A program made the translations under genes and the position numbers. This document shows, in pieces, positions 51,417 through 64,000 of a stretch of DNA of 64,000 nucleotides. The notes under the pieces were generated by a model, which saw only the letters and a list, made by a program, of their open reading frames with translations, was not told where the DNA came from and ran no database searches. Location: positions 1,612,001 to 1,676,000 of the forward strand of contig JAYWIR010000034.1 of NCBI GenBank assembly GCA_036172245.1, written 5' to 3'. This DNA is from Raillietiella orientalis (lineage: Eukaryota). Within the stretch, counting starts at the first letter, position 1. Each line of letters starts with the position of its first letter.

Positions 51417-54400
51417 AAATTTGATTTTCCAATATTGAAACTACACATTCCTGATCGAACTTTTTGTTTGTTTGTTTTTTTTTTTTTTACATAGTCTTGG
51501 TATTTTTTGCAGACCAAATCCGCCTATATTCCTGATATTTTTTGGTTCATACTAAATGTAAATTACAAAAAAAATCCCATCTGCTGAAATGTGATTATGT
51601 ACATGAAAACTAACATACTTTTAAATCGAAATCTAAAAGCATTCTAAGGAAATTTCAAGACTGCAACAATACTACAAAACATTAAATGACATTTAAAAAA
51701 AAACACTGCAACATTAAAAAAACAAGACTCTGGCTGAGAAAAACAGAAAATACTTGACCATAAAAGAGTTTCCTCTATGATCTCAGTCAATGGAATTGAA
51801 ATCAATTATACTTTTAATCTTGGTTCTGAAAAATAACTCATAAATTCTCAAATCAAAGATACTTGAGAAACAATGACTACACAAAACCAATGGAGATGCA
51901 AGAGTATTTGAGTGCACATTTGAAATGAACTAAGCAATTAAATCAAATGCTAAAATTCAAGAATGCAGCGAAATCTCCAAAATTCCTTGTGCTCAGTAGG
52001 TTGTAAATGTGTTTGGTTGCAAGCACAATTTAATCAAAGAATTCAAAAACATAAACATTCTAACTGTACTGTGATTTGTACAAGAGTACAAGGATTCCTA
52101 AAAAATTATCGATCCCTGAATCATCAATTATTAAAGACTTCTAACAAGATTTTTCTTCTGGCTACATCAATCAGAAGATGAAAGCTTCTCTTCAGCTTTC
52201 TGAAATACCAATACTCACTCACCAAAATCCTCTCCACTTTAAATTTAAAAAAAATTGTAATAAAACTCTCACATCTTAGCCCATAGATGTATGTGTATTT
52301 ATAATAATGCAGTCATCTCAGTCACAACAGTAAGAATACTGAACCATTTTTAATGTTTACACTTTGATTTTATTTCTTAATCAATATGTTTGAGTTGAAT
52401 TTTTAAGCAGGTCTTTTCTCGTTCCTTGTAAACATTCATCATATGATAGAAAACCTCATTAATAACGTTTGCATCTTCTCAAAGATTTTCCAAGTGGATA
52501 TTACTATAAGTTCAAGTTTGGCTTCACATAGTCACTTTTGAGCATAACACACATTTTCTGTTAACGAAAAACTCAATTAAATCACTTTAAAGAATCTCAG
52601 TATAGTTACCCTTGTGAAAAACATTCAAAACTTATAATTCCATTCACAAAGTAATAAAAACAATAAACTTGCCAAACTCCAAACTAATGTAGGTCATCAA
52701 CAACAAGATTCCAACTTTTTGGATGTAGCATGATAATTAGAATGAACACTACTACTTAAGTTCGCAACCAGAAACATATTTCTAGAACATATTGTTATAT
52801 GCTATTAAAATTGAACTTCTTGAAAGTAAATGCAAAAAAGATGCTTCTAACTGAAATGAGTTAAATTTGCCAGTACACAACAAGGAAAAAAAAAAAAAAA
52901 AACGCGGACTGCAATCAAAATAATCATGATAAAGTTTGTAATAATAAGGATACATGTTTCTGACACTAATGTTCAGTAAGGGTTAATCCTATCAAATACA
53001 CACACGTTTGAAAATGTTAAGACTCGACTCGAGCACCCACCGAAGCATGATAAATGCGCTGCATGGTAGAAGTGTACGAGATGCCATCCTATTACTTTAT
53101 AAAATCATGATCATATGACTGTAATTCTCCACATGCTGATAAGTTAATACAGTTGTGATCAGATGAAGAAACAAATCAAATGAAGGATATCTTTCAAAAT
53201 CACGAAAGGAAGCCACACGAAACCTGAGACTACTGTAATCGGGATTTCAGAGAAACAAATGGGGAGATGTTTCCGGCCTGTACAAACTGAAAACATTGCA
53301 TGACGTGATACAAACAGCTGACTGTCAAATGAAAAAAAATGCTACATAACTTTCGATACGGAAACCTTCAACAGTATCCTTGCACATACAACACAACGAA
53401 AACATACGCAAAAAAATCGAACATTGTAACGTTACAAAGTCCACCTTTCTCAATATTTTCCCGTGCCTTGATTCTGATACAGTTCTTCCTCAAAGTACAA
53501 CATAAACATTTGAAGCAAGGCATAATACACATACAAAGAGTGTTCGGGGCATGGAATGCATAAATTCCGGGCTCTCTGGGGAGATAATAAAGACAGTGGA
53601 TACAATAGGCCAAAATTAGTACCTAGCAATATCAAGCTGAAGTATCTAGTTTAGTCTTGAAAGAAATCACTTTAGTTCTTTTACACATAATTACTTTAAT
53701 CGTGCTCAAAGTGTACGATAAGCTTCGTAATTAATCATATATAAAAAAATGCAGTCGAAAGTAAGGCACTTATTAAATAACAACACATTTACAAAATGGT
53801 CTGTATGCAAATTTCAAAACATTGCCTTGACCATCCATCCATACCCTACAAGCTAATCATGTGTCGAAGTCCATACGTTTTCATCTATTATCCTGCCCGG
53901 CAATAGTAAAGGAGGCATTTATCCTCTACAAGATTAAGTAAATTTACTAACGACAGTACCTATTCATCCACGGAGACGACACATGCAAGCATTAGTCACT
54001 CTGGATACGCACACTAACAAAGTTATCAATCCATCCTCACATTGCATTTTGCAAAAAGTGATACCAATGGCTCAGAGAATAAAGCAGAAATTTACAGCTC
54101 GAAACAGTTCACGAGTTGTCGAATTGCTTGCAGCAGGCATCGCTTGGAATCCACAGCTGTGTGAGTCTACGAAGAATGTGAAATGCTTTATTTAGTATAT
54201 GTTGCCAAATGAAACATATAACGGTAACGTATAAAGGATTCATTCTCATCAGCTCTGCGACGCAAAGCCCAGTTCAAGGAACAGCAGACAAGCACGTAGT
54301 CAACACATAATTTCAGAAACATTTCATTTATCACGGAAAAAAACTGATCTGACCAAGTCAGTTATAGATAGGGTTCTTGAACTATCTTACTTCGAAACGG

Positions 54401-55351
54401 ATCATTTTATTTAAAAAATCATTTCTTCTATAAGCAAATTAAAAAGAATTTAAGAAGGAAAATTTGGCAAGACCGTAGCAATCAAATCGAAGCAAGTTAA
54501 TAAGGGCTGGAAATTATCTTTCAAAACATCACTTGGAGAACTTTCGATTCCCCTTACAGAAAAAACTTTTTCCTTGTAAAGGTTATGTCAAATGCAAATC
54601 ATGTTAGCACCAGTGAAAATGCCTGAGTGTGATTATCATAGTAGCAAATCCAATTTACATGTTTAACTAAACATACTGACTTGTCAAATACCGAATTTGC
54701 TATTTCTGCAAAAGAAAGGTTGACATGTACTTTCCACGTGATGTGATATGAGGGCTGCAGGTAGTCGACAAATGTTAGTTGACGGAGGAAGTTTCTGTAA
54801 TATGTAAGCCTTAGAGGAACAGATCAGTACAACTTTCATTTATTGTAATGCAGAATTTATGAAAGATCTTGGAGATTGGCAAAGCACTGAGGAAACCGCA
54901 TACGTTGAAAAAACACTAATACTAGGGACCGGTGTATGTAGAGACCCTGAATGAAAAGTAGTTGTCTGACTATGCAATATATTGGGTTTATTTTTACACT
55001 CTCTCAATAAATGATAAAAATACAAAACTTTTGCAAAAGCAATAATTAAAATACTGAGTAGGGGATTCTCCTCTCCCGTTTGCCAAGTGATCATGTACTT
55101 TCTTCGATCGAAAGTATTCTACTATCAATAATCATTCATGGAATCACCCTTTGAACTTTAAGGAAATTTTGCTGTCTGAATGTTGAAGCACGCTCAGAGC
55201 TCTTTGAGAATTCACGATCGAGACTGGAGAAGGGCATAACAAAATAAGAATGACCAACAAAAAGAATGCTGTTGTTTCAGATTGCAAATTGTAAGAGAAA
55301 AAAATCCATTCTTGCAATTGTTACGATGGCTAGCTTCCAAGAAACAAATAA

Positions 55352-56249
55352 ATCAAGGCGGAGAAGGGAAAAGGACCGCGCAGGTGAAACATAGGCTGTG
55401 GGTGCTGAGGTTCGGATGCATGAGGCAAACGAATGGACTCGGGTACGTACGGTGGGACATCATGCCGGGCCGGAGCACCAGCATTCCAACGAAAGAGTGT
55501 TTGTGAGGTCGGACACGTGCGCTGTTGCGACCCCCTCGCAGCCCGGACAGCAGCGGCTGGCCAGTTGCTTTCGCTTAGAGCGTCCTCCGCCTCTCGTCAT
55601 GCGTGTCCCCACACCAATCCTCTTTCTTTTCCAGCCTCTCTTCAGCACACTTTCTTTCGCGGGCTAACGGACCGTGCTTCTTCCGCAGGCCTTTTAGCGC
55701 CAGTGCCACCATCTGCATGAAGAGTTGACACCGGTTGCCGAGCAAGAAATGCCCTCATCGTCTCGACCGTGCAGCAGCTGCGCTGCAGGCACCTCAGCGC
55801 TTCGAACGTTCTGGACGATGCGCAGACGTCTTTTCTCGATGGCTCCCCGCACGCAGCCTGCCAGGTCGACAAATCAATCGGACGTAGCTTGACGGGTCGG
55901 GTGGGAAGATGGGGCAACTGCTCTGCTTGGACTGCCACAGGCAAAGGACGCGCCGCCTCGAGCGAACGCGCCGGGCGGTTGGCGTCGGCGTTCGGCGCGC
56001 TGCTGGCTGCTCCCGTGCCCGTGGAGCGGGGGCCAAGACGCAACGCCCGGAACGACAGCATCCTTCCGCTCGCGTCGTCGTCCTCGTCGTCGGATGGCAA
56101 CGCGTACCCTCCCCCCTCTCCTCCTCTCCGCCCGTCCAGTACGATCACACGTGCGCAACGGGAAGAAAAAAGAAGTGCCGACACCGGTGGCGTTGCTACG
56201 GGGTCGGATGCGCAGAGTGCGATCCTGTGCGAAGATATCAGTCCATCTC

Positions 56250-56280
<31 letters not shown>

Positions 56281-56689
56281 CGTGCGCGCACGTGCGTCTC
56301 GTCGTCCAGGGAGTTGGGCCCGCAGCAAACGTGCGTGCACTCGTTGCCACCTGGTCTCGTGCCTGACAGAAGAATTTGCGTGTGCCTCAACGAGACCTCC
56401 GTTATTTGGGTTCAATCGCTCGGGTTCCGAAGAAAGGCGGCGACCGGAGCAAGTAAAATGGAGAAAGTACTGCAATTCAGGCGTGTGCCATGCATCGACG
56501 GAAGGGTGTCTGTGTCGGTGGAGGCGCACCTCGGCAGGCGTCCATGCCGAGTTCTCCCTGCAGCCGTAGCCCAGTCGGGACGCCGCCGTGAACACCGGGT
56601 GCAGGGAGAGCCGAGCATCGCCCGTTAGGAAGGAAGACGAGACGGGCGTTCACAACAACTCAGGACTCCTCGGTCGATCTCAGATTGAT
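55352..56689. mobile_element. GC-rich 1338-bp dispersed repeat, copy 2
   Basis: Near-identical to 15759-17088, same orientation, with 4 extra GT units in the microsatellite. Confidence 0.8.
55642..56061 (-). CDS. Putative 139-aa ORF carried by repeat copy 2 (identical to copy 1)
   Basis: Same sequence as 16049-16468. In this copy the frame stays open upstream through the (GT)n tract to 56595. Confidence 0.3.
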   Translation of the reverse strand: MLSFRALRLGPRSTGTGAASSAPNADANRPARSLEAARPLPVAVQAEQLPHLPTRPVKLRPIDLSTWQAACGEPSRKDVCASSRTFEALRCLQRSCCTVETMRAFLARQPVSTLHADGGTGAKRPAEEARSVSPRKKVC

Positions 56690-59600
56690 TCCAACATCAG
56701 TCTGAGATCAGAAGAAGATGACTTCGGTTTGTTGATGAGCGAAGTACTAGAAAAGCACCAAGAGATCTATTGTGCATTCGGTAACCTGTAGTGATGTAGC
56801 ATGTTTGAAAAACGAAATAAGGAAGCTGAAACGAGACTTACCCAGAAAATCGTCTGATGGTTAGGCCATTTGCGATAATACTGGTTAGTTGATACCGTTC
56901 TCCGCGATCTGTCTGTGCCAATTATAATTACTGTGCTTTCAACAAACTTGAGTTATCATTGATTGCCGAAAAGATTCGATTTTATATCAATGGTGTGCAT
57001 GTACATAATGTTCATATTATATTGGAATCGGAAGCAAAAACAAGTGTTTCCATTTATTTCATTACGATTTGTGCAAAAGTTGCTGCTTTTACTGTAGTGA
57101 AGGTGCAGCTATACTCGGCAAGATTTTGGGTACGTATGCAGGTAGGATAGCAACGGGATAATCTGTTCACTCTGTGATGCGTCCCGTTGCCATCGTGAAT
57201 GATTTATCTGATGATAGCAAAGTGTTCCCTAAAAGACAACGAAAAACCAGCGCGTCGCGCCGATTTGGCTCAAATTACAATTAGTCCGGAAGGTGGAGAA
57301 GTAAAAGCAAACGTAAAAGATCGATTGATTCATCGATTTAGGAATGGGACATCACTAGTTTTTTTTTTTTCAATACTCTTACGGACTGAACTGGTGTGTA
57401 TTTGAAACTTTACACAACTGCACGAAAGTGGAAGTGGTTTTGACCTATGGGCACCTGCCACAGGAGCTTAGTGAAATAACCCGACCACTTGGTGAAATGA
57501 ATGAGGGAGTGGTCTACAACTGATCCTTGAAACGAAACGGAAATGTTCTCACAACACGTTGTAAAACATTTCATTTCTTTAAGAAGCTCGGAATGAGAAG
57601 CTGAGATTTCAGAGTAACAAACTGATGACTTGCGTATGACGCTGATACGCTGATTTGTTCAACATGAACCGTTGAAACACATTGCGAGGACAAATCACAC
57701 TTCACTAGCGATAATAAATACTTTGTATCATTCACTCTGACTTCATTCGATAATACTTTGTATACTTTCCCGGAATTGATTCAGAGAAAGCAGCTTCCGA
57801 AAAATCTCAGAAATGTAGTTTTCACAGTTCTCAACATGCGAGCATGTCAAAGAGAGTGCTAAATGGAAGATTTCGGTTAGGATCGTTAAAAGATCGTTTC
57901 AACTCTTATGTGATGTACCGTTCAATTGTTAAATTTCTACATAGGGGTTGCAGTCAATGGAGAGGAAAAAACCGTTTTACTGCATCAGATCAATCACGTG
58001 ATTCTCGATGTAGGTGCTCCGTCGAAAGAAATCCCTGCTCGACGTCGCCCAAGAGAGGACGTGGACAGTTTGTCCGTTTCCAAAGTGCTTTGGTCTGCGA
58101 GCTTGGGTGGGAGCAGTGGTGCCACACAAACGAGAAAGTGGTGGTGGTGGAAAACCTGCTGCTCTCTTAACGGTTCTCGTGCGCAGACTTGGACGGCCTG
58201 CTGCTCGCAAGTGTAAGCAGCACGCGCCTCTGCACGTTTACTTGAAAGCAGGATGGAATGCAGAAAGTGGGAAAGGACTGATGCAAAAAGCCGATTCCCG
58301 ATTCGTGAGCACGAGTACCCGTGAACTGTGCGAGCCCAGTGGAACCCGAAATGGAAAAGAAGAAATGCACACCCTGAAGACAACATGAACTGCACTTGTA
58401 ACACCTTACGTCAGTCAGCAAACTTTCGTTCCTTCACTACTCTGCCATGAGAATCCTTCCTCACTTTTACTTTTAATCCAAACGATAAATGTCGGAGTTG
58501 CGAGAAGATGTGAAAATGTAACCTGCGATATCGTAGTAGGAATGCTTTGTATGATGTTTGAATATGCTGAAAGAGACTGTTTCTCCATAAAAGTTCAATG
58601 AAATTATATCACCGGATTGCTTTTTTTTTTTTTTTTTTCCGATGCCTTCTTTGGAATGACTGCAAATGAACTTGGCTCCGGGAACAGCAGCTCACTATCA
58701 GCTATCACATCAAGCACGTTCAAGCACAAACCCTGCAGTTCCCTTTTTGTCCTTTTCTTCCCCCCTCTCCCCCTCCCCTCCGCACGCTCAAATTGCGTAA
58801 TCATTTCATCCAGTTCCTTAAATATAGTTTCATAAGAAATCAAATCTCGAAAGCAAGCCCACTGCTCTTTTTTCCCCCTTCCCTCAAGTGGTCCACAGTG
58901 ATCGAAATATTTCATGATCTCAGATCGCAGATTCATGAAATCTGAATCCAAAATTGCTAGATCAGATGTGTTTTAAGTTTCGTTTCCATAGGTGCTACTG
59001 GTGAAACAGTTAGTGATGAGCGTTTCATTTAACGAAACCACTGCTTTCGAAAATTTGGCCTCGGCGAAGGCGTCTTTTAATGTCCTCTTCTCCCAAGTAC
59101 ACGGAAAGCTCTGTAGAGAAATGCTTTTATCAAACTCCCCCCTATTTTTTTCTACTTATGGTGGAAGTCTCATGGGCACTACTTGCGAGGAAGACACCAC
59201 CAATATGGCAATCGGATTTCCCCACTGCTGGAGAAGAACCAAAGGTATTTTTGATGAATCTTTTCAAGACAAAACGAAAATGCAATGAAACTAGCTCTAA
59301 AAAAGAAAACTGAAGTGAAAGATGAAAGCGGGACATACGAAGAAATAATGAAAGCATCGATAACTTGAAGCTCGATGCTGATTTGCAAAAAAAAATTTCC
59401 ATGTCTGTAACACGGACGACAGCCTTTCGAAAACGACTCCCCCTGCCATGTCCAGTCCTTTCGAAACATCCACCAAATCACGCTATAAACACGAAAGCCC
59501 TACTTTTCATGTGCCCACGGCATGGACGACCCTGGGCATCTCGAAACGTCTTACCGGAATTCTCTTGCGTTTTGCATCTTCCGCGACTCACGCAATTCGG

Positions 59601-61200
59601 TATGCAAAACTTTTGCACACCGTACTCAGAGCCTATTGAGGTCGAAAAGCGAAATAAAGCCTCAAGTCGGTTGTTTAGGAGCAACGATGACCACCACGAA
59701 CAAACAGCCAGAACAAAAGCAACGCCCACAGCGATGAGAAAATCCTGCACTGGAGATATGCTGTATGCAGTCAAATTTCGAGAGGGGAAAGCCGTGGTCA
59801 TGCGTGGCTCCCGTGGCTGGCGCACAGTGTGGCTCTATGCTCCCGAGGAATAAAAATTCTCGATCAGTTCATTTATTGTGATGAAATGCTCTTCCATCCT
59901 TTCGTATGCGATAAAACACGTCAGTGGGCCAACTGACTGACATTCCTCCTTCGAACACGTCTCGGGTCGTTCACTTCCCGATGCTGTCAGTACCGACCGG
60001 TGAGTTCTACACACGGAAACTCGTGTTGGTCAAGAGGGGCGCGAGAAAAAACACTACATACAACGTGGTGGAGAATTCACGGGAAGTCGCTCACGCGACA
60101 ACCGAAAGGGGCACTCCGCTGATCCCTATCCATGCCAGCACAGCATGCAGCCCGCAGGCCTTGGTCAGATGGCAGGCAGAATGGCTCAAACGCCTCTCGA
60201 CAGCGCGCCGACCACTATAGCAAGAACGATGGTGCTTTCCAGTTGCCCGGGGGCGTCGACTTTTTTTTTCATGTGGCAAGACATGGACTTGGTACACGGC
60301 TTTGCACGTCGTTTTCTAATGTTCGCGCACATGATTTCTACCCAAAAATCGGACACGAAAACACAAAGAATGTCCTGAACAAATGCCCGCATACTGCCCT
60401 ACTTACAAACTGCATGAAGCCGATAAGAAACAACGCAATGCAAGTAACTATAAGAGTAGTAGATTACGGATCTGAATTTTGCTCAAACTCCATACTCCTC
60501 AAAACCATGATGAAAGAACTCTTCAAACTTTGTAAACGATACTTAAGTTTCACTTTTATTTCTGTAAACTAACATGATAGTAATCACTTTCAAGAAATAG
60601 TATGCATGATTAGACGCTGTGAGACACCATGGAATAAAAAAAAATGAAAATAAAAAAATGAAAAATAAAATAAAATATACATATGAATGCAAGGGCATAT
60701 GTGAACAATTTACATAAAACAAGATGATAATACATACTCCTTTCGGATGGTCTAACTGCTTCCGGAATCTGAACCAGCTAGCAGATAATGTTTCGCACGA
60801 GCTCACTGTTATCTGCGCTACGTTCGGTTTGCAAAAATAAAAACTGAAATTCATTCTGCATATCAGTATTTCCCTATATAAATTTATTTAATCAGAACAT
60901 CTCTTAAATAAACATATATATAGAGAGCACAAGCAAACTGGTTTCAAATGCATTATCTAAAATTATTGAATAGCTGCAAACAACATTAAGTAGCCATGGT
61001 GCTACAAAATTACCACCCTGCACTTTACAAAATGTTGCTGTCAAAATGAGGCAGTGATTTGAGGGATGGACTCGGAAATAAATGCCGAAACATTAAGTAA
61101 ATGTTTGGTTGGATATAAAAATCTCTTGACAGGTGGTAAACGCAATGCTGATTTTCAAAACAAAATGCTGATATCAACTTAGGAGATAAGCAAATGAATG

Positions 61201-64000
61201 TTAATGAGATGTGTCAGATTTCTTTTTATCCTTGGACTTCTTCTTTAAAAATGATGGAGTACGCAATCCTTTCTTCTTCTTCTTTTCTTTTTTGTATGAT
61301 TCACTGAAGCTCTGATCCTATGATGGCTAATAGATAGAATTACTGATCTCCAATCTTACCTGTAGAGCTTCTGAATCCTCACCATTTGCAATAGGTTCTG
61401 TATCCACTAGATACAAGTGCAAATGAATAACAATTTCAAATAGCAATCAACTTACAATCTTCATCACTTGGTGACCGAGGAGGAGTATGAGAAGCATCAA
61501 TCAACATGGCTGATAGTGGCTGACTCAGCTCAGTGACCACCACAGATTCAGTAATGGAAGATTGTTGTTTGGATACATCCTCTAAATCCAACTCTTCAAC
61601 TTCATGCTCTGCAGAACACATTAGCACACAATATGCACAACAATCGTCTATTCACACCTGGCTCTCCTTTTTGTTTGCGCTCAATCAGTTCACGATACTC
61701 TTGTAGTTCTTCTTCTGAGATCTGGTCAAAAGGATTTTTGGCATATGGTGTTTTGTACACAATGGCATTGTGTTGGTGGTCACGTTGGATAATGCCTTTA
61801 CTAGCAGCCCCCACGATGATGGCTTGGTCACCAGCACCAGCACCTACAGCTTCCTGGGAAACTTCGTACTTAATGCTATTGGCAAGAGACAATTTACCTG
61901 CAGCTTCTTAGCTTCTTCCCAACTAATACCATCCAATACTTGGGACTGAGGACCAGCACTGATCTCCCCAGCTCGTCGATTTTCTTTGATCTATACGAAA
62001 CTACATAGACATAATCATAGAATAGGCTTACTTCTTTCTGTTTCTGTTTAAATTCTTTAGGGGTAGTATTCCTGGGAACAAACTGCAAATTGTTCTCAAT
62101 CTTCACTGGTGTGCTGTGTGCAACAGAATCGGTCACCCACTGCAAGAAGCAATTAGTGATTGAGAATGATAAGTATAATGCTCATTTTTCAAACATGCAT
62201 CCTCTTAAAGTAGACATGACACGCATAACTAAAAATCTTCGTATAATTCACATAGTAGTTATAATATCCTCAATTGAATGCTAGATAGTTCTTCAATATT
62301 TTGATTGTTCAATGATAACAGCAATCCACGGTTTTCAAGATTTGAAGCATATATTTTCTCAGTTCAGAAGCTCCACAATCTGTCAGTAACAAGACAGTAG
62401 AAATAAGGAGCTTATGCTGTCCAAAGTTAACTTTGAAAACTCAGCATTTCAGATGTGGTAATACTGGAACCAAAATATAAAGTAAAGTGAGTGCCATCAT
62501 TTACATCATGTTCCATCCAAGAGATTGGTACTGTATGCTGAGTTACTGCTCAGCAGAGCAAATCATACATTTGTTGTCAATTTGTTTAAATAACTTGTCT
62601 GTAGTACTTTCACATGCAGAGGAAAAATAACAATCTAATGAAGTACGAAAGAACACAGCTACAAAAGTTTCACGGCAATGCAATTTCTCAGAAATACTGA
62701 TCATTGGAAAAAAAAAAAAATTGCCAAGACGATTTACAGGTAACAAAATCTTGAAAAAAGTTAACAGATGAATGAATTATTAATGAAACTCAATATGGAT
62801 TACTGGATAAATTCTTTAACAAACAAGCACAAACTTTTTTTCACTGATGGCAGATATGCACAAAGCAAAGCTTCTGAAGGTGCAAAATGATTGCAAAACA
62901 AATACATCAAGTCTCATATCTTGTACTCCCACAAATATTTGGGGTCTAACAAGATGTTGAAACTGCAAATCTAAATTTGGTTTCCATACACGTTTTCCAA
63001 CTTCAGCATTACATTCATTATGTTTCATCCTATGAAAATCTCATTTGCTGTGAAATTCTTTGTGTTGCATGGTTTAAATATTATAAACCCTACAGTGTTT
63101 ACAGTAATAATGCACATTTGAATTTTTAGGACGAAGAAAACGATTCTGATACCTAATAAACATAAGCAGCTATTACTTTAGCTGAAAACAATTACAACAC
63201 TTTTGAAATTATGACATATGCTATTATATCAGTTTCCATCTTTTTTAGCACTCAATAACTAAACCTTCTGGAAAGAATTCTAGTAATTCTAAAACTGAAG
63301 TAACTTCATAACATACTGAAACCCAGTTTTCCAGTACAGTAAATTTTCAACTGTTTGGTGATAAAAAATAGACACCTCAATACATGACTTGGATCTCTCA
63401 CATACTGTAAGCAATATACAAACCATACCTTGGTAATCTTCTTGGGATCATCAGTCCCAGTTTCTAATATTTCTATTTTTTGATACATGTTGGGTGAATT
63501 GAGCCATCTACTCTTTTCATGAGCTTTACGGCTTTCCAAAAGTCTATAATACAAAAAGCAGGAAAATTGGATGCTTAAATGAATCGATCTTACTGTTTCT
63601 GAAAATCTGTCTCATCTCGAGAAGTGTGAAAAGATGATGCAGCAGGTGGTACTTCAACATCTGATTTGAATCTCGGGCCGTCAGTTTTCAAGTATGGTTG
63701 TCTGTACATATATCCGGTACGAAAACCCTATGCATGCTTTTGTGAAAGATCTAACATGTAACAACTTACTGCATTGTCCAATAAGCGCATCAAAGCTTCA
63801 AATTCCAATTCACCAAATTTCCAGTTTCTAAAAGTGCTATCTTTCTTTTCTGCTTTTTCTCCTCCCTGGTTACTATTTACTCCTCCAGCCCCACTGCGAT
63901 GAGAAACCTCATAAGCTTGCTTCTGGGCTTGTTCTGAGATGAGGTGTACTTTTTCAATCCCCACAGGCATGAGTTTCAGCTGCACCTCACAGACATATAA
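61201..64000 (-). CDS. hts: Adducin (hu li tai shao homolog), 3' nine coding exons; 5' part lies beyond the window
   Basis: Exons >64000-63770, 63727-63594, 63543-63429, 62139-62032, 61990-61898, 61853-61658, 61608-61456, 61406-61360, 61317-61201. Motifs [87 protein letters not shown].EY, and the MARCKS-related tail KKKKKGLRTPSFLKKK. Confidence 0.96.

Noticed and set aside
57616..57659. CTGATGA...CTGA flanked by an AACAAA/TTTGTT stem (C/D box or hammerhead-like)
   Set aside because: Only about 21 nt between the boxes, the C box is imperfect, and no GAAA follows the stem. Too short for a snoRNA and not a hammerhead core.
57844..60572. Cluster of 100-160 aa ORFs downstream of adducin
   Set aside because: No RT, transposase or other family motif recognised, and the frames overlap on both strands, consistent with chance.

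Overview
Eukaryotic window, probably from an invertebrate (the proteins look arthropod-like), with compact spliced genes and very short introns (mostly 40-57 nt). Genes rebuilt by hand from GT-AG boundaries and reading frame: exon 1 of GART (-), ILRUN/C6orf106 (+), thymidylate synthase (-), BNIP3 (+, largely missed by the ORF track), XPNPEP1 (-), DLGAP5/HURP/Mars (+), a large-intron coiled-coil protein gene (-, possibly JAKMIP-like) and the 3' part of adducin/hts (-). The most unusual feature is a 1.33-kb GC-rich element present twice in direct orientation (15759-17088 and 55352-56689). By eye the copies differ only by 8 bp in a (GT)n tract. The element has ATCAA...TTGAT ends, no target-site duplication, hairpin-rich termini and a 139-aa ORF with a PxDLS motif and a C-terminal NLS-like tail. 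Its right end sits in an arm-6 bp spacer-arm palindrome whose spacer is inverted between the two copies. There is also a short U2 snRNA 5' fragment and two tightly convergent gene pairs. All calls come from reading the sequence; no database searches were run.
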